64,000 bases of DNA. Origin: Desulfobacterales bacterium (GTDB lineage: Bacteria > Desulfobacterota > Desulfobacteria > Desulfobacterales > UBA2174). The notes below the pieces were generated by a model. That model was given only the letters and a program-made list of their open reading frames with translations, made no database searches and was not told the origin of the DNA. The stretch's first letter is position 1. The number at the start of each line of letters is the position of its first letter. Of this stretch, positions 24,864-41,452 are shown one piece after another. The DNA is taken from positions 1,184,001-1,248,000 of the forward strand of contig CAXXWC010000021.1 in NCBI GenBank assembly GCA_963668645.2, written 5' to 3'. A program made the position numbers and the translations under genes.

Positions 24864-25151
24864 TTAGGCTCCTTCGAAGAATCCGATCCGCTGCCCCGGC
24901 ATCAGGGTGACGATCGCCTTCTTCCAGTCCTTGCGCTTTCCAACGATACGTCCGCGCCGTTTGATCTTCCCCTTCACCTGGACGGTATTGACAGCCGCCA
25001 CGTGAACGTTGAAGATCTTTTCCACAGCCTGTTTGATCTCCACCCGGTTGGACCGCCGCGCCACTTCGAAAGAGACCTGGTTGGCGGCTTCTTTCTGGGC
25101 GGTTGCCTTCTCGGTGATTACCGGGCGGATGATGATATCGTATGCATTCAT
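24864..25151 (-). CDS. rplW: 50S ribosomal protein L23
   Basis: [14 protein letters not shown]. Confidence 0.97.
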   Translation of the reverse strand: MNAYDIIIRPVITEKATAQKEAANQVSFEVARRSNRVEIKQAVEKIFNVHVAAVNTVQVKGKIKRRGRIVGKRKDWKKAIVTLMPGQRIGFFEGA

Positions 25152-25768
25152 GAGAGCCTCCCCTCAATCCGGCCTACCGAAGGCTCGATCAGCAGCAGCC
25201 GATCGTACTTGAGCACATCATAGACGTTGAGCCCCTCGGCACGCATCACCTTGACTCCCGGCACGTTACGTGCGCTGCGCTCCAGGTTCTCGTTGGCCGC
25301 ATCGGTGACGATCAGCACCTTGCCCAGCTTGAGCGTCTGCATCACGGCGACGAAATCCCGTGTCTTGATCCGGTCCAGCTCAAAACGGTCAAGCACTGTG
25401 AGGGTCTGGGTGGCCAGCTTGCTTGACAGGGCCATTTTAAGCGCCAGCCGCCGTACCTTCTTGGGCACTTTTTGCTCGTATTGGCGTCCATCCGGGCCGA
25501 ACACCACCCCGCCACCGCGCAGCACTGGGCTTTTGATCGAGCCCCGCCGTGCCCGGCCGGTCCCCTTCTGTTTGAAAAGCTTGCGAGTGCTGCCGCGAAC
25601 ATCGCTCCGGTGGCGCACCGAAGCGGTGGCCGACCTGCGTCCGGCCAACTGCGCCGTGACCACCTGATGCAGCACCGCGGTGCGCACCGGTACGCTGAAA
25701 ATCGCATCGGGCAGCTCCAGCTCGGACACCTTTTCCGCCTGGGTATTGATCACATCTACGACTGGCAT
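25148..25768 (-). CDS. rplD: 50S ribosomal protein L4
   Basis: [17 protein letters not shown]; start 25768 or 25774. Confidence 0.97.
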   Translation of the reverse strand: MPVVDVINTQAEKVSELELPDAIFSVPVRTAVLHQVVTAQLAGRRSATASVRHRSDVRGSTRKLFKQKGTGRARRGSIKSPVLRGGGVVFGPDGRQYEQKVPKKVRRLALKMALSSKLATQTLTVLDRFELDRIKTRDFVAVMQTLKLGKVLIVTDAANENLERSARNVPGVKVMRAEGLNVYDVLKYDRLLLIEPSVGRIEGRLS

Positions 25769-25839
25769 CGTCATTCCTCGTCAGCGCTTCGGGCCGGCAG
25801 CGGCCGGCTCCCGCGGTTGAGCTAGCTCCAAACCGGGGG

Positions 25840-26472
25840 TCACTTATCGAATTTGGGTTTCTGGATCAGCAATAATCCTTGACCAGGCCCCGGTAAGGCG
25901 CCCCGGATCAGCAACAGATTTTCCTCGGGCCGGACCTCAATGATCTCCAGGTTGCGCACCGTCTTGCGCACCCCTCCGTACTGGCCGGGCATCTTCTTGC
26001 CCTTGATCACCCTGCTGGGCCAGGCCGAGCAGCCGATGGAGCCCGGCTCACGAACGTTCTTGGACCCGTGGGTGACCGGCCCCCGGTGGAATCCGTGGCG
26101 CTTGATCACCCCGGCAAAACCGCGCCCCTTGGAGGTTCCGGTTACATCGACACGCTGGCCGGCCTGGAACAGGTCAGCACCGATCTGCTGGCCAAGGCTG
26201 TATTGGGACGGATCTTCCACCGCCACCTCGTGCATCACGACCGGGGTCGCCCCCCCGCTTTTGGCAAGATGCCCCTTGACGGGCCGGTTAATCCGGCTGG
26301 CTTTGCGCTGCCCGAATCCGAGTTGCAGCGCGTTGTAGCCGTCGGTGGCTTCGGTCTTGACCTGGGTGACGGTGCACGGTCCGGCCTGGACTACCGTCAC
26401 CGGTACGATTCGACCGTCTGCGGCAAACAGGCTCGTCATGCCCAGTTTTTTGGCGATAATTCCTCTACTCAT
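25840..26472 (-). CDS. rplC: 50S ribosomal protein L3
   Basis: KKLGMT, SKGRGF.G, HGS, PGSIG. Confidence 0.98.
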   Translation of the reverse strand: MSRGIIAKKLGMTSLFAADGRIVPVTVVQAGPCTVTQVKTEATDGYNALQLGFGQRKASRINRPVKGHLAKSGGATPVVMHEVAVEDPSQYSLGQQIGADLFQAGQRVDVTGTSKGRGFAGVIKRHGFHRGPVTHGSKNVREPGSIGCSAWPSRVIKGKKMPGQYGGVRKTVRNLEIIEVRPEENLLLIRGALPGPGQGLLLIQKPKFDK

Positions 26473-26494
26473 GATGCGCCCCTAATCCTCGCTC

Positions 26495-26806
26495 TTAGAG
26501 TTTGATCTCCACGTCGACACCCGGTGACAGATCGAGTTTCATCAGGGCGTCCACCGTCTGCTGGGTCGGCTCGAGGATGTCGAGCAACCGCTTGTGGGTG
26601 CGCACCTCGAATTGTTCGCGCGACTTCTTGTCGATATGGGGCGACCGCAGCACACAGTATTTGTTGATGCGCGTCGGCAACGGAATCGGCCCGACCACCT
26701 TGGCCCCCGTCTTTTTGGCCGTATCCACGATGTCAGTGGACGACTGATCCAACAGTTTGTGGTCGTAGGCCTTGAGCCGGATCCGGATCTTGGTGTTCAT
26801 GATCAT
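26495..26806 (-). CDS. rpsJ: 30S ribosomal protein S10
   Basis: [23 protein letters not shown]. Confidence 0.98.
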   Translation of the reverse strand: MIMNTKIRIRLKAYDHKLLDQSSTDIVDTAKKTGAKVVGPIPLPTRINKYCVLRSPHIDKKSREQFEVRTHKRLLDILEPTQQTVDALMKLDLSPGVDVEIKL

Positions 26807-26823
26807 GGGTCGTGTCTTTCTTT

Positions 26824-28017
26824 CTACTCGATGATTTCACTGACAACGCCGGCGCCCACGGTGCGGCCCCCCTCGCGGACGGCGAATCGCAGCTCTTTTT
26901 CCATCGCGATCGGGGTAATCAACGCCCCCTCGACGGTCACGTTGTCGCCCGGCATCACCATCTCCACGCCCTCGGGTAGCGTCACCACCCCGGTTACGTC
27001 CGTCGTGCGAAAATAAAACTGCGGCCGGTAACCAGTGAAAAACGGCGTGTGACGGCCTCCCTCTTCCTTGCTCAAAACGTACACCTCGGCCTTGAACTTC
27101 GTGTGCGGTGTGATCGAGCCGGGCTGCGCCACCACCTGTCCGCGCTCTACCTCGTCACGCTTCGTGCCGCGAAGCAGCACCCCGATGTTGTCGCCCGCCT
27201 GTCCCTCGTCGAGCAGCTTGCGAAACATCTCCACGCCCGTGCACACCGTCTTGGCCGTCGGGCGAATCCCGACGATCTCCACGTTCTCACCAACCCGGAT
27301 GATCCCGCGCTCCACACGACCCGTGACCACCGTCCCGCGACCCGATATCGAAAACACGTCCTCGATCGGCATCAAAAACGGCTTGTCAATGTCTCGCTGC
27401 GGCTCCGGGATATAGCTGTCGATAGCGTCCATCAGCTCGAATATGCACTTGGCCGCCTCGTCGTCCGGACTGTCCGCCTCCAGCGCCTTTAATGCGCTGC
27501 CGCGGATAATCGGCGTGTCGTCGCCCGGAAACTCGTACTTGTCCAGAAGCTCTCGAAGCTCAAGCTCCACCAGCTCGATCAGCTCCTCGTCGTCCACCAT
27601 GTCGCACTTGTTCAAGAACACCACGATCCGCGGCACACCCACCTGACGCGCCAGCAGGATGTGCTCCCGCGTCTGGGGCATCGGACCGTCATCGGCCCCC
27701 ACCACCAGGATCGCACCGTCCATCTGCGCCGCACCGGTGATCATGTTTTTGATGTAGTCCGCGTGACCCGGGCAGTCGACGTGCGCATAATGACGATTGG
27801 CCGTCTCGTACTCCACATGCGCCGTGGCGATGGTGATCCCGCGCGCCTTTTCCTCCGGCGCCTTGTCGATCTGATCGAACGGCACGTAATTCGCCTGACC
27901 CTTGAGACCCAACTGCTTGGTGATCGCTGCGGTCAGCGTCGTCTTGCCGTGGTCGATGTGCCCGATGGTCCCCACATTGACATGCGGCTTCTTCCTCTGA
28001 AACTTTTCCTTCGCCAT
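26824..28017 (-). CDS. tuf: Elongation factor Tu (str-operon copy)
   Basis: [28 protein letters not shown]. Confidence 0.99.
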   Translation of the reverse strand: MAKEKFQRKKPHVNVGTIGHIDHGKTTLTAAITKQLGLKGQANYVPFDQIDKAPEEKARGITIATAHVEYETANRHYAHVDCPGHADYIKNMITGAAQMDGAILVVGADDGPMPQTREHILLARQVGVPRIVVFLNKCDMVDDEELIELVELELRELLDKYEFPGDDTPIIRGSALKALEADSPDDEAAKCIFELMDAIDSYIPEPQRDIDKPFLMPIEDVFSISGRGTVVTGRVERGIIRVGENVEIVGIRPTAKTVCTGVEMFRKLLDEGQAGDNIGVLLRGTKRDEVERGQVVAQPGSITPHTKFKAEVYVLSKEEGGRHTPFFTGYRPQFYFRTTDVTGVVTLPEGVEMVMPGDNVTVEGALITPIAMEKELRFAVREGGRTVGAGVVSEIIE

Positions 28018-28107
28018 CTTCCCGTCCTCCAGCTATCGCGCGGGCAGCGCACCCGTCATCGGCTGAAAATTGATGTTTTCACTCAGGGATTAATCCGCCC
28101 TGGTAGG

Positions 28108-28578
28108 TTACCACCGGAAATGGGCAAACGCCTTGTTGGCCTCGGCCATACGGTGAGTGTCTTCACGTTTTTTCACAGCCGCACCGCGGCGGTTGGCCGC
28201 ATCGAGCAGTTCGGCTGCCAGTTTGCTCGCCATTCCCTTTTCCGACCGGCTGCGTGCATAGCTGATGATCCAGCGGATGCTCAGCGCGGTACGCCGGCCG
28301 GGCCGGATCTCGGTGGGCACCTGATAGGTCGAGCCGCCCACGCGCCGGCTCTTGACCTCGATCATGGGGCGCACGTTGTCCACCGCCTGTTCGAATACCT
28401 TGACCGGCGTTTCCTTGGCCCGCTCCTCGATCAGTTCGAAAGCGTCGTAAAGGATGTTCTCCGCCGTACTTTTCTTACCGTCGCGCATCAACGAACGGAT
28501 GAACTTGGCCACCAGCCTGTTGCTGTATTTGGCATCCGGCTGGACCGGCCGCTGGGGCACTTCTCGTCTTCTTGGCAT
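28108..28578 (-). CDS. rpsG: 30S ribosomal protein S7
   Basis: [26 protein letters not shown]. Confidence 0.98.
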   Translation of the reverse strand: MPRRREVPQRPVQPDAKYSNRLVAKFIRSLMRDGKKSTAENILYDAFELIEERAKETPVKVFEQAVDNVRPMIEVKSRRVGGSTYQVPTEIRPGRRTALSIRWIISYARSRSEKGMASKLAAELLDAANRRGAAVKKREDTHRMAEANKAFAHFRW

Positions 28579-28645
28579 GGGCTACACCATCATTGTGAAG
28601 ATGTTGGCATCCGGCGCCGCCAGGGGCGGCGGCGCTGCGAATCGT

Positions 28646-29017
28646 TTACTTGGGCCGTTTGGCGCCGTACTTGGACCGTCCCTGGCGCCGATCTTCAACG
28701 CCCAAGGTATCGAGGGTGCCGCGAACGATGTGGTAGCGTACGCCAGGCAAGTCTTTGACGCGGCCGCCACGTACCAGCACCACCGAGTGCTCCTGCAGGT
28801 TGTGGCCGATCCCCGGGATGTAGGCCGTCACCTCGATGCCGGTGGTCAACCGAACACGGGCCACCTTGCGCAAAGCCGAGTTCGGCTTTTTGGGCGTCGA
28901 GGTATATACGCGGGTGCACACCCCGCGCTTTTGAGGCGCGCCCTTGAGCGCCGGGGTGGTATTTTTCTTCTTGACCCGCTTCCTGCCTTTACGAACGAGC
29001 TGGTTGATGGTCGGCAT
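28646..29017 (-). CDS. rpsL: 30S ribosomal protein S12
   Basis: [29 protein letters not shown]; start ATG 29017. Confidence 0.99.
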   Translation of the reverse strand: MPTINQLVRKGRKRVKKKNTTPALKGAPQKRGVCTRVYTSTPKKPNSALRKVARVRLTTGIEVTAYIPGIGHNLQEHSVVLVRGGRVKDLPGVRYHIVRGTLDTLGVEDRRQGRSKYGAKRPK

Positions 29018-29091
29018 AATTTCCTCGCACAAAAAAGGGACAATTCCGCAAGTTGATAAAAGCGGGCATGTATCCCGCCTGATGATAAAAG

Positions 29092-33492
<4,401 letters not shown>

Positions 33493-33505
33493 GATCCTCT
33501 CCTTG

Positions 33506-36500
33506 TTACTTTTCTTCAATGAGCGAAATGTCAAGCCCCAGGGCCTGAAGTTCCTTGGTCAGGACCTTGAAAGACTCGGGCAGCCCCGGCTCGAGGGTAT
33601 TCTGCCCCTTGACGATTTTTTCATACATCCGTGTGCGCCCGGCCATATCGTCCGACTTGACGGTGAGAAACTCCTGCAGAGCGAAGGCCGAACCGTATGC
33701 TTCCATGGCCCAGACCTCCATCTCCCCGAGGCGCTGGCCGCCAAACTGGGCCTTGCCGCCCAGGGGCTGCTGGGTCACCAGCGAGTAGGGACCGATGCTG
33801 CGCGCATGGATCTTGTCGTCCACCAGATGGTGGAGTTTGAGCATGTACATGGTGCCCACGGTGACCTTTTCCCGGAACGCCTCACCCGTACGCCCGTCAT
33901 ACAAGGTCGCCTGGCCTGTGGTGGGCAGTCCGGCCTCGACCAGAAGGTCCTTGATCTCCTCTTCCTTGGCCCCGTCAAATACCGGGGTGGCCATGTGCAC
34001 CCCCTTGCGGTACTGGGTGCCGAAGCGCACCAGGGCTTCGTCGTCCAAGTCGTCCAGGGCCTGCTGGGCCTCGGGATCTTTGAAGACGCGCTTGAACTTG
34101 GCGCGCAGTTCGTCGAGCCGATAGGCTTCCAGCAGCCGGTTGACCTGCTGGCCGAGCCCCTTGGCCGCCAGGCCAAGATGAATTTCCAGCACCTGGCCGA
34201 CGTTCATACGCGAGGGAACCCCCAGGGGGTTGAGGACCATGTCCACCGGGGTGCCGTCGGCGAAGTAGGGCAGATCCTCCTCGGGCAAGATCCGCGAGAC
34301 CACTCCCTTGTTGCCGTGGCGCCCGGCCATCTTGTCGCCCACCGAAAGCTTGCGTTTCATGGCCACGTAAACCTTGACCATCTTGATGACCCCGGGGGGC
34401 AGATCGTCGCCTTTTTCAAAACGGCTGGCCTGATGCTCAAAGTCGTCGTGCACCCGCTGCACCTGGGCCCGGTGCAGCTCGACCAAGTCTTGAATCTGTT
34501 CGCTGACCTCCACCGGCTCCACGGCCAGGGCCTCGAGCTGGTTCATGGGCATATCTGCCAGTGCCTCGGCGCTAATCCGCCCGCCCTTGTTGACCAGGCT
34601 CTTTTTGCCCTTTTTGATTGGTGCGGCTGCCGTAGCCCCATCGATCAGCGCCAGCAGCCGGTCGCGAGCCACGTCGTGGATCACGGCCAGCGCGGCGTCG
34701 CGATTCTTTTCCATCTGGAGGATCTCTTCATCCTCGATTTCGCGGGTGCGCTCGTCCTTTTCCGTACCGCGCCGGGAAAAGACCTTGGCGTCGATTACGA
34801 TCCCGGTCACCCCGGGTGGAACCCGCAAGGAGGTGTCTTTCACATCCCCGGCCTTTTCGCCGAAGATGGCCCGCAGCAGCTTTTCTTCGGGCGACAGCTG
34901 GGTTTCACCCTTGGGCGTGATCTTGCCCACCAGGATGTCACTCGGTTTGACCTCGGCGCCCAGGCGGATGATCCCGCTGTCGTCGAGATTCTTCAACGCC
35001 TCGTCGCCCACGTTGGGAATGTCGCGGGTAATGTCCTCCTTGCCGAGCTTGGTGTCCCGGGCCACCACTTCGAACTCCTCAATGTGCACCGAAGTGTAGA
35101 TCCCGTCGCGCTGGAGCCGCTCGCCCACCAAGATCGAGTCCTCGAAGTTGTACCCGCCCCAGGGCATGAAGGCCACCGTGACGTTGCGCCCCAGCGCCAG
35201 TTCCCCTTTTTCGGTGGCTGGTCCGTCGGCAATGATCTGCCCGGCGGTCACCCGCTGTCCCTTGGCCACGATGGGCCGCTGGTTGAAGCAGGTGTTCTGG
35301 TTGGAGCGCACGAACTTGGACAGGTTGTAGACCGTCACCGGTGGCCGCTTGGGATCGTCGTCCGTATGGCGCAAAACGATGCGCGAAGCATCGGCCTCCA
35401 CCACCTCGGCGTCGCGCCGAGCCACGATGGCCACCCCGGAATCGCGTGCCACCACGCCCTCGATCCCCGTGCCCACAAGAGGGGCCTCGGCCTGGATCAA
35501 CGGCACGGCCTGGCGCTGCATGTTGGAACCCATCAGTGCCCGGTTGGCATCGTCGTTTTCCAGAAACGGAATCAGGGAGGCCGAAACACTGACCAACTGG
35601 TCGGGCGAGACATCCATCAACTCGATGTCCTCGCGCGCCACCATCATGAATTCGCCTTCGACCCGGGAGGTGACCAGTGAATTTTGGAAACGGTTGATCT
35701 CGTCCACCGGGGCGTTGGCCTGAGCGATGGGATGGGCCTTTTCCTCAAACCCGGACAGAAAACGGACCTCTTCGGTGACCGTGGAATCCTTGACCACCCG
35801 GTAGGGAGTCTCGATAAACCCGTAGTCGTTGACCCGTGCATAGGTCGACAGCGACACGATCAGACCGATGTTCGGCCCTTCCGGGGTCTCGATGGGGCAG
35901 ATCCGGCCGTAGTGGCTCGGATGAACGTCGCGCACCTCGAAGCCGGCCCGCTCGCGGGTCAGTCCGCCGGGGCCGAGGGCCGACAAGCGGCGCTTGTGGG
36001 TGGTTTCCGACAGCGGGTTGGTCTGGTCCATGAACTGGGAGAGCTGGCTGGTGCCGAAAAACTCCTTGACCACCGCCGAAACCGGCTTGGGGTTGACCAG
36101 GTCGTGGGGCATGAGCGCATCGACTTCCTGCAGGCTCATGCGTTCCTTGATGGCCCGCTCCATGCGTACCAGACCGATTCGGTACTGGTTTTCGAGCAGT
36201 TCTCCCACCGCACGTACCCTCCGGTTGCCCAGATGGTCGATGTCGTCCACCTGCCCCTGGGTATCACGCAGTTCCACCAGGGTGCGGGCCGTGAGCAGGA
36301 TATCCTCTTTGCGCAAGGTGCGCAGCTCAATGCTGGTATCGACCCCCAAGCGCAGGTTGATCTTCAACCGCCCGACGCCGGATAAATCGTAGTGCGAGGC
36401 TTTGAAAAAGAGCTGATCGACAAAATCCTGGGCCACCTCCTGGGTGGCGGGGTTGCCCGGCCGCATACGCCGGTAGATTTCGATCAGTGCCTCTTCCTTG

Positions 36501-37600
36501 CTCTCGACCTTGTCGAGCATCAAGGTTTTGCGGATTGAATCGGAGCTGTTGGCCCCGTCAATGATCAACACCTCGAAAGCGTTGATGCCTGCCGCCTGGA
36601 TCCGGTCGAAATCCTCCTGGCCCAGAACTTCGTTGGCCCGTACCAAGACCTCGCCGGTTTGAGGATCGACGATATTGTGGCCGGCGGCCTTGCCGAGGAC
36701 CCCGTCTTCCAGGTCCACCGGGATCAGCGCGGCGCCGGTGGCCTTGAGCCGCGCGATGGCGCGCTGGCTGATAATGCGAGCCCGCTTGACAAGGACTTCA
36801 CCGCTCTCCGGGTCCTTGATGTCCCGGCTGGCACGCTGCCCTCTTAACAATTCGGGCTGAAAAATCTTGAACAGCCTCTTGCCCTGGACCACGATCTTGT
36901 CGGTGTTGTAAAAATAGTTGAGGATGTCCTCGTCACTGTATCCGAAGGCCTTGAACAGGATGGTGACTGGAAACTTGCGGCGCCGATCGATGCGGATGTA
37001 GACGATATCCTTGGGATCGATCTCCATGTCGATCCACGAACCTCGCACCGGAATAATCCGCGAGCTGTAGATGATCTTGCCGCTCGAATGGGTCTTGCCC
37101 CGGTCGTGGTCGAAAAAGACCCCGGAACTGCGGTGCAGTTGGCTGACCACCACGCGCTCGGTGCCGTTGATGATAAAGGTTCCCTTTTCGGTCATCAACG
37201 GAATGGTGCCGAAGTAGATCTCCTGTTCCTTGATATCGCGGATATTGGAAAAGCCCGTCTCCTTGTCCATATCGTAGACCACCAGGCGCACGGTGATGCG
37301 CACGGGAATCTCGTAGGTCATGCCCCGGTGAATGCACTCCTGCATACCGTGCTTGACCTCTCCGAAACGATAGGCGACGAATTCCAGTGAGGCGCTGCCG
37401 GTAAAGTCCTTGATGGGAAAGACGCTCTTGAATACCGCCTGCAAGCCGATATCCTTGCGCTTTTCCGGCACTACGTCCATCTGCAAAAAGCGCTCGTAGG
37501 ACTCGCGTTGCACACCGATCAGATCCGGGATCTCGACGATCTTGCGAATCTTGCCGAAATTCTTGCGAAGTCTTCTGATTGCCAATGGCCCTTGCGACAT
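33506..37600 (-). CDS. rpoB: RNA polymerase beta subunit
   Basis: [39 protein letters not shown]. Confidence 0.99.
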   Translation of the reverse strand: MSQGPLAIRRLRKNFGKIRKIVEIPDLIGVQRESYERFLQMDVVPEKRKDIGLQAVFKSVFPIKDFTGSASLEFVAYRFGEVKHGMQECIHRGMTYEIPVRITVRLVVYDMDKETGFSNIRDIKEQEIYFGTIPLMTEKGTFIINGTERVVVSQLHRSSGVFFDHDRGKTHSSGKIIYSSRIIPVRGSWIDMEIDPKDIVYIRIDRRRKFPVTILFKAFGYSDEDILNYFYNTDKIVVQGKRLFKIFQPELLRGQRASRDIKDPESGEVLVKRARIISQRAIARLKATGAALIPVDLEDGVLGKAAGHNIVDPQTGEVLVRANEVLGQEDFDRIQAAGINAFEVLIIDGANSSDSIRKTLMLDKVESKEEALIEIYRRMRPGNPATQEVAQDFVDQLFFKASHYDLSGVGRLKINLRLGVDTSIELRTLRKEDILLTARTLVELRDTQGQVDDIDHLGNRRVRAVGELLENQYRIGLVRMERAIKERMSLQEVDALMPHDLVNPKPVSAVVKEFFGTSQLSQFMDQTNPLSETTHKRRLSALGPGGLTRERAGFEVRDVHPSHYGRICPIETPEGPNIGLIVSLSTYARVNDYGFIETPYRVVKDSTVTEEVRFLSGFEEKAHPIAQANAPVDEINRFQNSLVTSRVEGEFMMVAREDIELMDVSPDQLVSVSASLIPFLENDDANRALMGSNMQRQAVPLIQAEAPLVGTGIEGVVARDSGVAIVARRDAEVVEADASRIVLRHTDDDPKRPPVTVYNLSKFVRSNQNTCFNQRPIVAKGQRVTAGQIIADGPATEKGELALGRNVTVAFMPWGGYNFEDSILVGERLQRDGIYTSVHIEEFEVVARDTKLGKEDITRDIPNVGDEALKNLDDSGIIRLGAEVKPSDILVGKITPKGETQLSPEEKLLRAIFGEKAGDVKDTSLRVPPGVTGIVIDAKVFSRRGTEKDERTREIEDEEILQMEKNRDAALAVIHDVARDRLLALIDGATAAAPIKKGKKSLVNKGGRISAEALADMPMNQLEALAVEPVEVSEQIQDLVELHRAQVQRVHDDFEHQASRFEKGDDLPPGVIKMVKVYVAMKRKLSVGDKMAGRHGNKGVVSRILPEEDLPYFADGTPVDMVLNPLGVPSRMNVGQVLEIHLGLAAKGLGQQVNRLLEAYRLDELRAKFKRVFKDPEAQQALDDLDDEALVRFGTQYRKGVHMATPVFDGAKEEEIKDLLVEAGLPTTGQATLYDGRTGEAFREKVTVGTMYMLKLHHLVDDKIHARSIGPYSLVTQQPLGGKAQFGGQRLGEMEVWAMEAYGSAFALQEFLTVKSDDMAGRTRMYEKIVKGQNTLEPGLPESFKVLTKELQALGLDISLIEEK

Positions 37601-37756
37601 GGCATCTCCAATGGTTCTTTGGGGGTTCTGGATCTTGCGCCCCGCCGGCGCCCCGCGGCGGGACGTGCTCCGGAAAAATCCCGGGCCGGCGACAGCCGCG
37701 GCACCGGTTCCAGCGACCGGTGTCGCGGCCGAGGAACCGGCCCTTGTCCCATCGGG

Positions 37757-38143
37757 CTACTTGAGTTCGACCTGCGCGCCGGCTTCTTCCAGCTGGGCCT
37801 TGACCTTCTCGGCCTCTTCCTTGGCGATGCCTTCCTTGACAGGCTTGGGCGGATTGTCGACCAGATCCTTGGCGTCCTTGAGCCCCAGCCCGGTGATGGC
37901 CCGCACTTCCTTGATCACCTGGATCTTCTTGTCGCCGGCGGCCGTCAGGATCACGTCGAATTCGGTCTTCTCCTCGGCCGCCTCAGCAGCGCCGTCGCCG
38001 GCCGGTGCGGCGGCCATCATGGCCATCGGTGCGGCCGCCGACACGCCGAACTTTTCCTCGAGTTCCTTGACCAGTTCGCTCAGTTCGAGCACGGTCATAT
38101 TGGCGATAAATTCAATCACATCTTCTTTGCTGACGTTTGCCAT
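37757..38143 (-). CDS. rplL: 50S ribosomal protein L7/L12
   Basis: [28 protein letters not shown]. Confidence 0.98.
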   Translation of the reverse strand: MANVSKEDVIEFIANMTVLELSELVKELEEKFGVSAAAPMAMMAAAPAGDGAAEAAEEKTEFDVILTAAGDKKIQVIKEVRAITGLGLKDAKDLVDNPPKPVKEGIAKEEAEKVKAQLEEAGAQVELK

Positions 38144-38193
38144 GGTTCACTTTCCTCCGGTTTTAAATCATGCGGACCCGTTACCGGTTGGTC

Positions 38194-38715
38194 TCAGGCC
38201 GCTTCTTTCTTATCCTTGATGGCATTGAGTACGTTGACAAAAGATCCGGGCACCGCGTTGAGCACCCGTACCAGGGATGTCGGCACCGCGTTGAGTACGC
38301 CGAGCACCTGCGCGAGCAGAACCTCGCGCGACGGCAGGTTGGCCAGGTTCTTGATGTCGGCCGGCCCCAGGGCCTTTCCGTCCAGCACCCCGCCACGGAT
38401 TTCGAGCTTGTCGTTCTCCTTGGCGAACTGGGTCAAAATCTTGGCCGGGGCCACCGGATCATCGTAACTCAGGGCGATGGCGCTCGGGCCTTTGAATTGA
38501 TCCTTGATCACGGCCACCCCGGTTTCACGGGCGGCGCGTTCCATCAAGGAGTTCTTCACCACCTGGTAGTCGATGCCCGCTTCCTTGAGCCTTCGACGCA
38601 GTTCGGTGACAGCCTTGACATTGAGCCCCTTGTAGTCGGTAAGCACCACCACCTTGGCGCGTTCAAAGCGTCCGTGGAGCGCGTCGGCGATTTGTTTCTT
38701 GCGTTCGATCAGCAC
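38194..38715 (-). CDS. rplJ: 50S ribosomal protein L10
   Basis: DYKGL.V, VVKN.L, LA.LPSRE; GTG start. Confidence 0.97.
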   Translation of the reverse strand: MLIERKKQIADALHGRFERAKVVVLTDYKGLNVKAVTELRRRLKEAGIDYQVVKNSLMERAARETGVAVIKDQFKGPSAIALSYDDPVAPAKILTQFAKENDKLEIRGGVLDGKALGPADIKNLANLPSREVLLAQVLGVLNAVPTSLVRVLNAVPGSFVNVLNAIKDKKEAA

Positions 38716-38778
38716 GTCTGTCTCCCACCCCCTTTCCCATCTGTAAAAAACCGGAGGCTATGGCAACATTTCAGCCCC

Positions 38779-38838
38779 ATCTCGGTAGGCCGGTGTAAAC
38801 ACCGCTTAAACACGAGCGTGCACCTACGGTCTTCGACA
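38779..38838 (-). promoter_or_regulatory. L10(L12)4 autoregulatory leader of rplJ-rplL
   Basis: Minus strand GTCGAAGACCGTAGGTG...TTTAA...CCTACCGAGAT matches the GAAGAC-YAGG/UAA/CCUR-AGA pattern of L10 leaders, in the expected rplA-rplJ spacer. Confidence 0.7.
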
Positions 38839-38900
38839 GGTTCGTTGGCAATACAAAATAAAGGCCTCCCTACGATCCAGCCACCGAGGCCGGCAGGGCC

Positions 38901-39605
38901 TTACCTGAGAAAATCCTTCACGTACGCCGTATCGACCTTGACGCCGGGCCCCATGGTGGTCGACACCGCAATGGTGCGCATATAGCTGCCCTTGGCCGCC
39001 GACGGCTTGAGCCGCATCAAGGTGTCGATAAAGGCCGCGATGTTCTGCAGCAACTTTTCGGGGCCGAACGAAACCTTGCCCATCGGTGCATGCACGATGC
39101 CGGCCTTTTCCACGCGGAAATCGATCTTGCCGGCTTTAAGCTCCTGCACCGCCCGGGCCAGGTCAAAGGTCACTGTGCCGACCTTGGCATTGGGCATCAG
39201 CCCCCGCGGTCCGAGCAGGCGGCCAATCTTGCCCACGCTGCCCATCATGTCCGGGGTGGCCACGGCCTTGTCAAAGTCGAACCAGCCGCCCTTGATCTTC
39301 TCGATCAGTTCGTCGTTGCCGACGATATCGGCACCGGCGTCGAGGGCTTCCTTTTCCTTTTCGCCCTTGGCAAAGACCAGGACCTTGACCGTCTTGCCGA
39401 TCCCGTTGGGCAAGACGACCGAGCCGCGCACCATCTGATCGGCATGCCGCGGATCAACCCCCAGGCGCACCGCCACGTCCACCGTCTCGTCAAACTTGGC
39501 ATAGGAAGACGCGATGGCCCGTTGTACGGCATCCTGGAAGTCATACCGGGTACCGGCCTCGATCTTGCTTTTTGCTGATAGATATTTCTTTCCGCGCTTC
39601 GCCAT
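38901..39605 (-). CDS. rplA: 50S ribosomal protein L1
   Basis: [25 protein letters not shown]. Confidence 0.98.
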   Translation of the reverse strand: MAKRGKKYLSAKSKIEAGTRYDFQDAVQRAIASSYAKFDETVDVAVRLGVDPRHADQMVRGSVVLPNGIGKTVKVLVFAKGEKEKEALDAGADIVGNDELIEKIKGGWFDFDKAVATPDMMGSVGKIGRLLGPRGLMPNAKVGTVTFDLARAVQELKAGKIDFRVEKAGIVHAPMGKVSFGPEKLLQNIAAFIDTLMRLKPSAAKGSYMRTIAVSTTMGPGVKVDTAYVKDFLR

Positions 39606-39693
39606 CTTTCCTTACCCACTCCTTCGGTTCGATAACTGCGTGCCCAACCGGGAGAAACCCGCGGCACCGGACACCACACCCTGGCCGATCCTA

Positions 39694-40116
39694 TCAGACC
39701 ACTTCGATGCCCATACTGCGGGCCGTGCCCTCGATGATTTTGCGTGCCGCCGCCAAGTCGTAAGCGTTCAGATCCGGCATCTTGATCTTGGCGATCTCTT
39801 CCACCTGGGCACCCGTCAGCTTTCCGACCCGGTCGCGCTTGGGGTCGGCGGCGCCCTTGGCGATCTTGGCGGCCTTTTTGATCAGTACCGCCGCCGGCGG
39901 CGTCTTGGTGATGAAGGTGAACGTCCGATCCTGATAAACGGTGATCACCACCGGAATAATCATCCCTTCTTCGCCGGCCGTACGGGCGTTGAAGGCCTTG
40001 CAAAAATCCATGATGTTCACACCGTGTTGTCCCAGGGCCGGACCAATGGGCGGCGACGGCGTAGCCTTGCCTGCCGGAACCTGAAGCTTAATCTGTGCCA
40101 TTACCTTTTTCGCCAT
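39694..40116 (-). CDS. rplK: 50S ribosomal protein L11
   Basis: [19 protein letters not shown]. Confidence 0.98.
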   Translation of the reverse strand: MAKKVMAQIKLQVPAGKATPSPPIGPALGQHGVNIMDFCKAFNARTAGEEGMIIPVVITVYQDRTFTFITKTPPAAVLIKKAAKIAKGAADPKRDRVGKLTGAQVEEIAKIKMPDLNAYDLAAARKIIEGTARSMGIEVV

Positions 40117-40152
40117 GCGCCTATGCTCCTTGACTACGACTTGACGTCGCGA

Positions 40153-40683
40153 TTACAGCTTGGTCACCTGAACGAACTCGAGTTCAACCGGGGTGCTGCG
40201 CCCGAAAATCGATACTAGAACCCGGATCTTCCCCTTTTCCGGGCTGACCTCGTCCACGGTGCCATGAAAGTTGGCAAACGGACCGTCTATGACCCGAATC
40301 TCGTCGCCCGTTTCAAACAGATACTTGGGCTGCGGCTTGTGTTTGCCCGCCTCCATCCGGTTTAGAATGCGCTCGGCCTCTTCGTCGGTCAATGGGCTTG
40401 GGGTGTCCTGGCCTCCGAGAAAACCGGTCACTTTCGACGTGGAATTGACGATGTGCCAGGTCTCGTCGTTCATCTCCATGCGTACCAGGATATAGCCGGG
40501 GTAAAACTTGCGCGACGATTCACGCCGTTTGCCTTTTACCAGCTCGACCACCTGCTCGGTGGGCACCACCACCTCGCCGAACCTGTCGCGATGCAACGAG
40601 GCCGCAATCTTCTCCTCCAAGGCCGCTTTGACCTTGTTCTCGAACCCCGAATAGACATGGACGATGTACCATTTGAGCGCCAC
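40153..40683 (-). CDS. nusG: Transcription termination/antitermination factor NusG
   Basis: WYIVHVYSGFE, YPGY, KOW (DGPF..F.G), IFGR.TPVEL. Confidence 0.98.
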   Translation of the reverse strand: MALKWYIVHVYSGFENKVKAALEEKIAASLHRDRFGEVVVPTEQVVELVKGKRRESSRKFYPGYILVRMEMNDETWHIVNSTSKVTGFLGGQDTPSPLTDEEAERILNRMEAGKHKPQPKYLFETGDEIRVIDGPFANFHGTVDEVSPEKGKIRVLVSIFGRSTPVELEFVQVTKL

Positions 40684-40701
40684 TTGATCGCCTCCTTGGG
40701 C

Positions 40702-41091
40702 CTACTGCAGGACAACCCGAATCAAGCTGGACAGCCCCACGTCCACCACGCCCAGAAACAGCGAGACAATCATCACCAGAATGATCACCACCGCCGTCGA
40801 TCCGAGAGTTTGCTTGCGCGAGGGCCAAGTCACTTTCTTCAGCTCGATCTTGACCTCCCGCAAAAACTGCACCGCCCGCTCGATCCACTGGCCGACTTTG
40901 CCCGGACTTTTGGGCTCGCTCACCGGCCGCCGCACCGGGGCGGGGGCACTTTGTTTGCGCACTTCCTTGACCGTCGCCGCCGAGCCGCCGTTAGTGGCCG
41001 GCGCCTGGGCCGGCGCGGGGGCCTGCCCCTCTTCCAGGTCCGGCTTCTTCTTCTTGAAAGCGGGCGGCTTTTTGCGTTGTAATCGTGCCAT
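40702..41091 (-). CDS. secE: Preprotein translocase SecE with a basic, low-complexity N-terminal extension
   Basis: FLREVKIELKKVTWPSR followed by one TM helix; start ATG 41091 after AGGAG. Confidence 0.93.
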   Translation of the reverse strand: MARLQRKKPPAFKKKKPDLEEGQAPAPAQAPATNGGSAATVKEVRKQSAPAPVRRPVSEPKSPGKVGQWIERAVQFLREVKIELKKVTWPSRKQTLGSTAVVIILVMIVSLFLGVVDVGLSSLIRVVLQ

Positions 41092-41188
41092 GGCACTCCT
41101 AAAACGGTGAAAGCTCAAAGTCTGGTCCATCAGGCGTGCCATACGCCCGGTCCCGGCGACAAACTTCGAGCTTCATCCACCCAAAGGT

Positions 41189-41264
41189 TGGCAGGCCAGG
41201 AGGGATTCGAACCCCCAACATCCGGTTTTGGAGACCGGCGCTCTACCGTTAGAGCTACTGGCCT
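41189..41264 (-). tRNA. tRNA-Trp(CCA)
   Basis: AGGCCAG...CTCCAAA anticodon loop...GTTCGAATC...CTGGCCTGCCA, 76 nt. Confidence 0.96.
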
Positions 41265-41284
41265 GGAACGTCCACCCGATCGAT

Positions 41285-41434
41285 CTACTTGGTTTCGCGA
41301 TGGGGTGTGTGTTTGTGGCAAAAGCGGCAGTACTTGCTGAACTCCAGTTTGTCCGGCGTCGTCCGCTTGTTTTTCGTGGTCGTATAGTTGCGCTGCTTGC
41401 AGGCCGTGCAAGCCAGGGTCACGATGATTCTCAC
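41285..41434 (-). CDS. rpmG: 50S ribosomal protein L33 (too short for the ORF track)
   Basis: GTG start; [48 protein letters not shown]. Confidence 0.96.
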   Translation of the reverse strand: MRIIVTLACTACKQRNYTTTKNKRTTPDKLEFSKYCRFCHKHTPHRETK

Positions 41435-41452
41435 CGTTTCACTCCTTTAGTA

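Noticed and set aside
35960..36060. Rifampicin-resistance region of rpoB (and S12 streptomycin sites) inspected for resistance substitutions
   Set aside because: Key residues (Q, D, H, R, S in cluster I; both lysines in S12) appear wild type.
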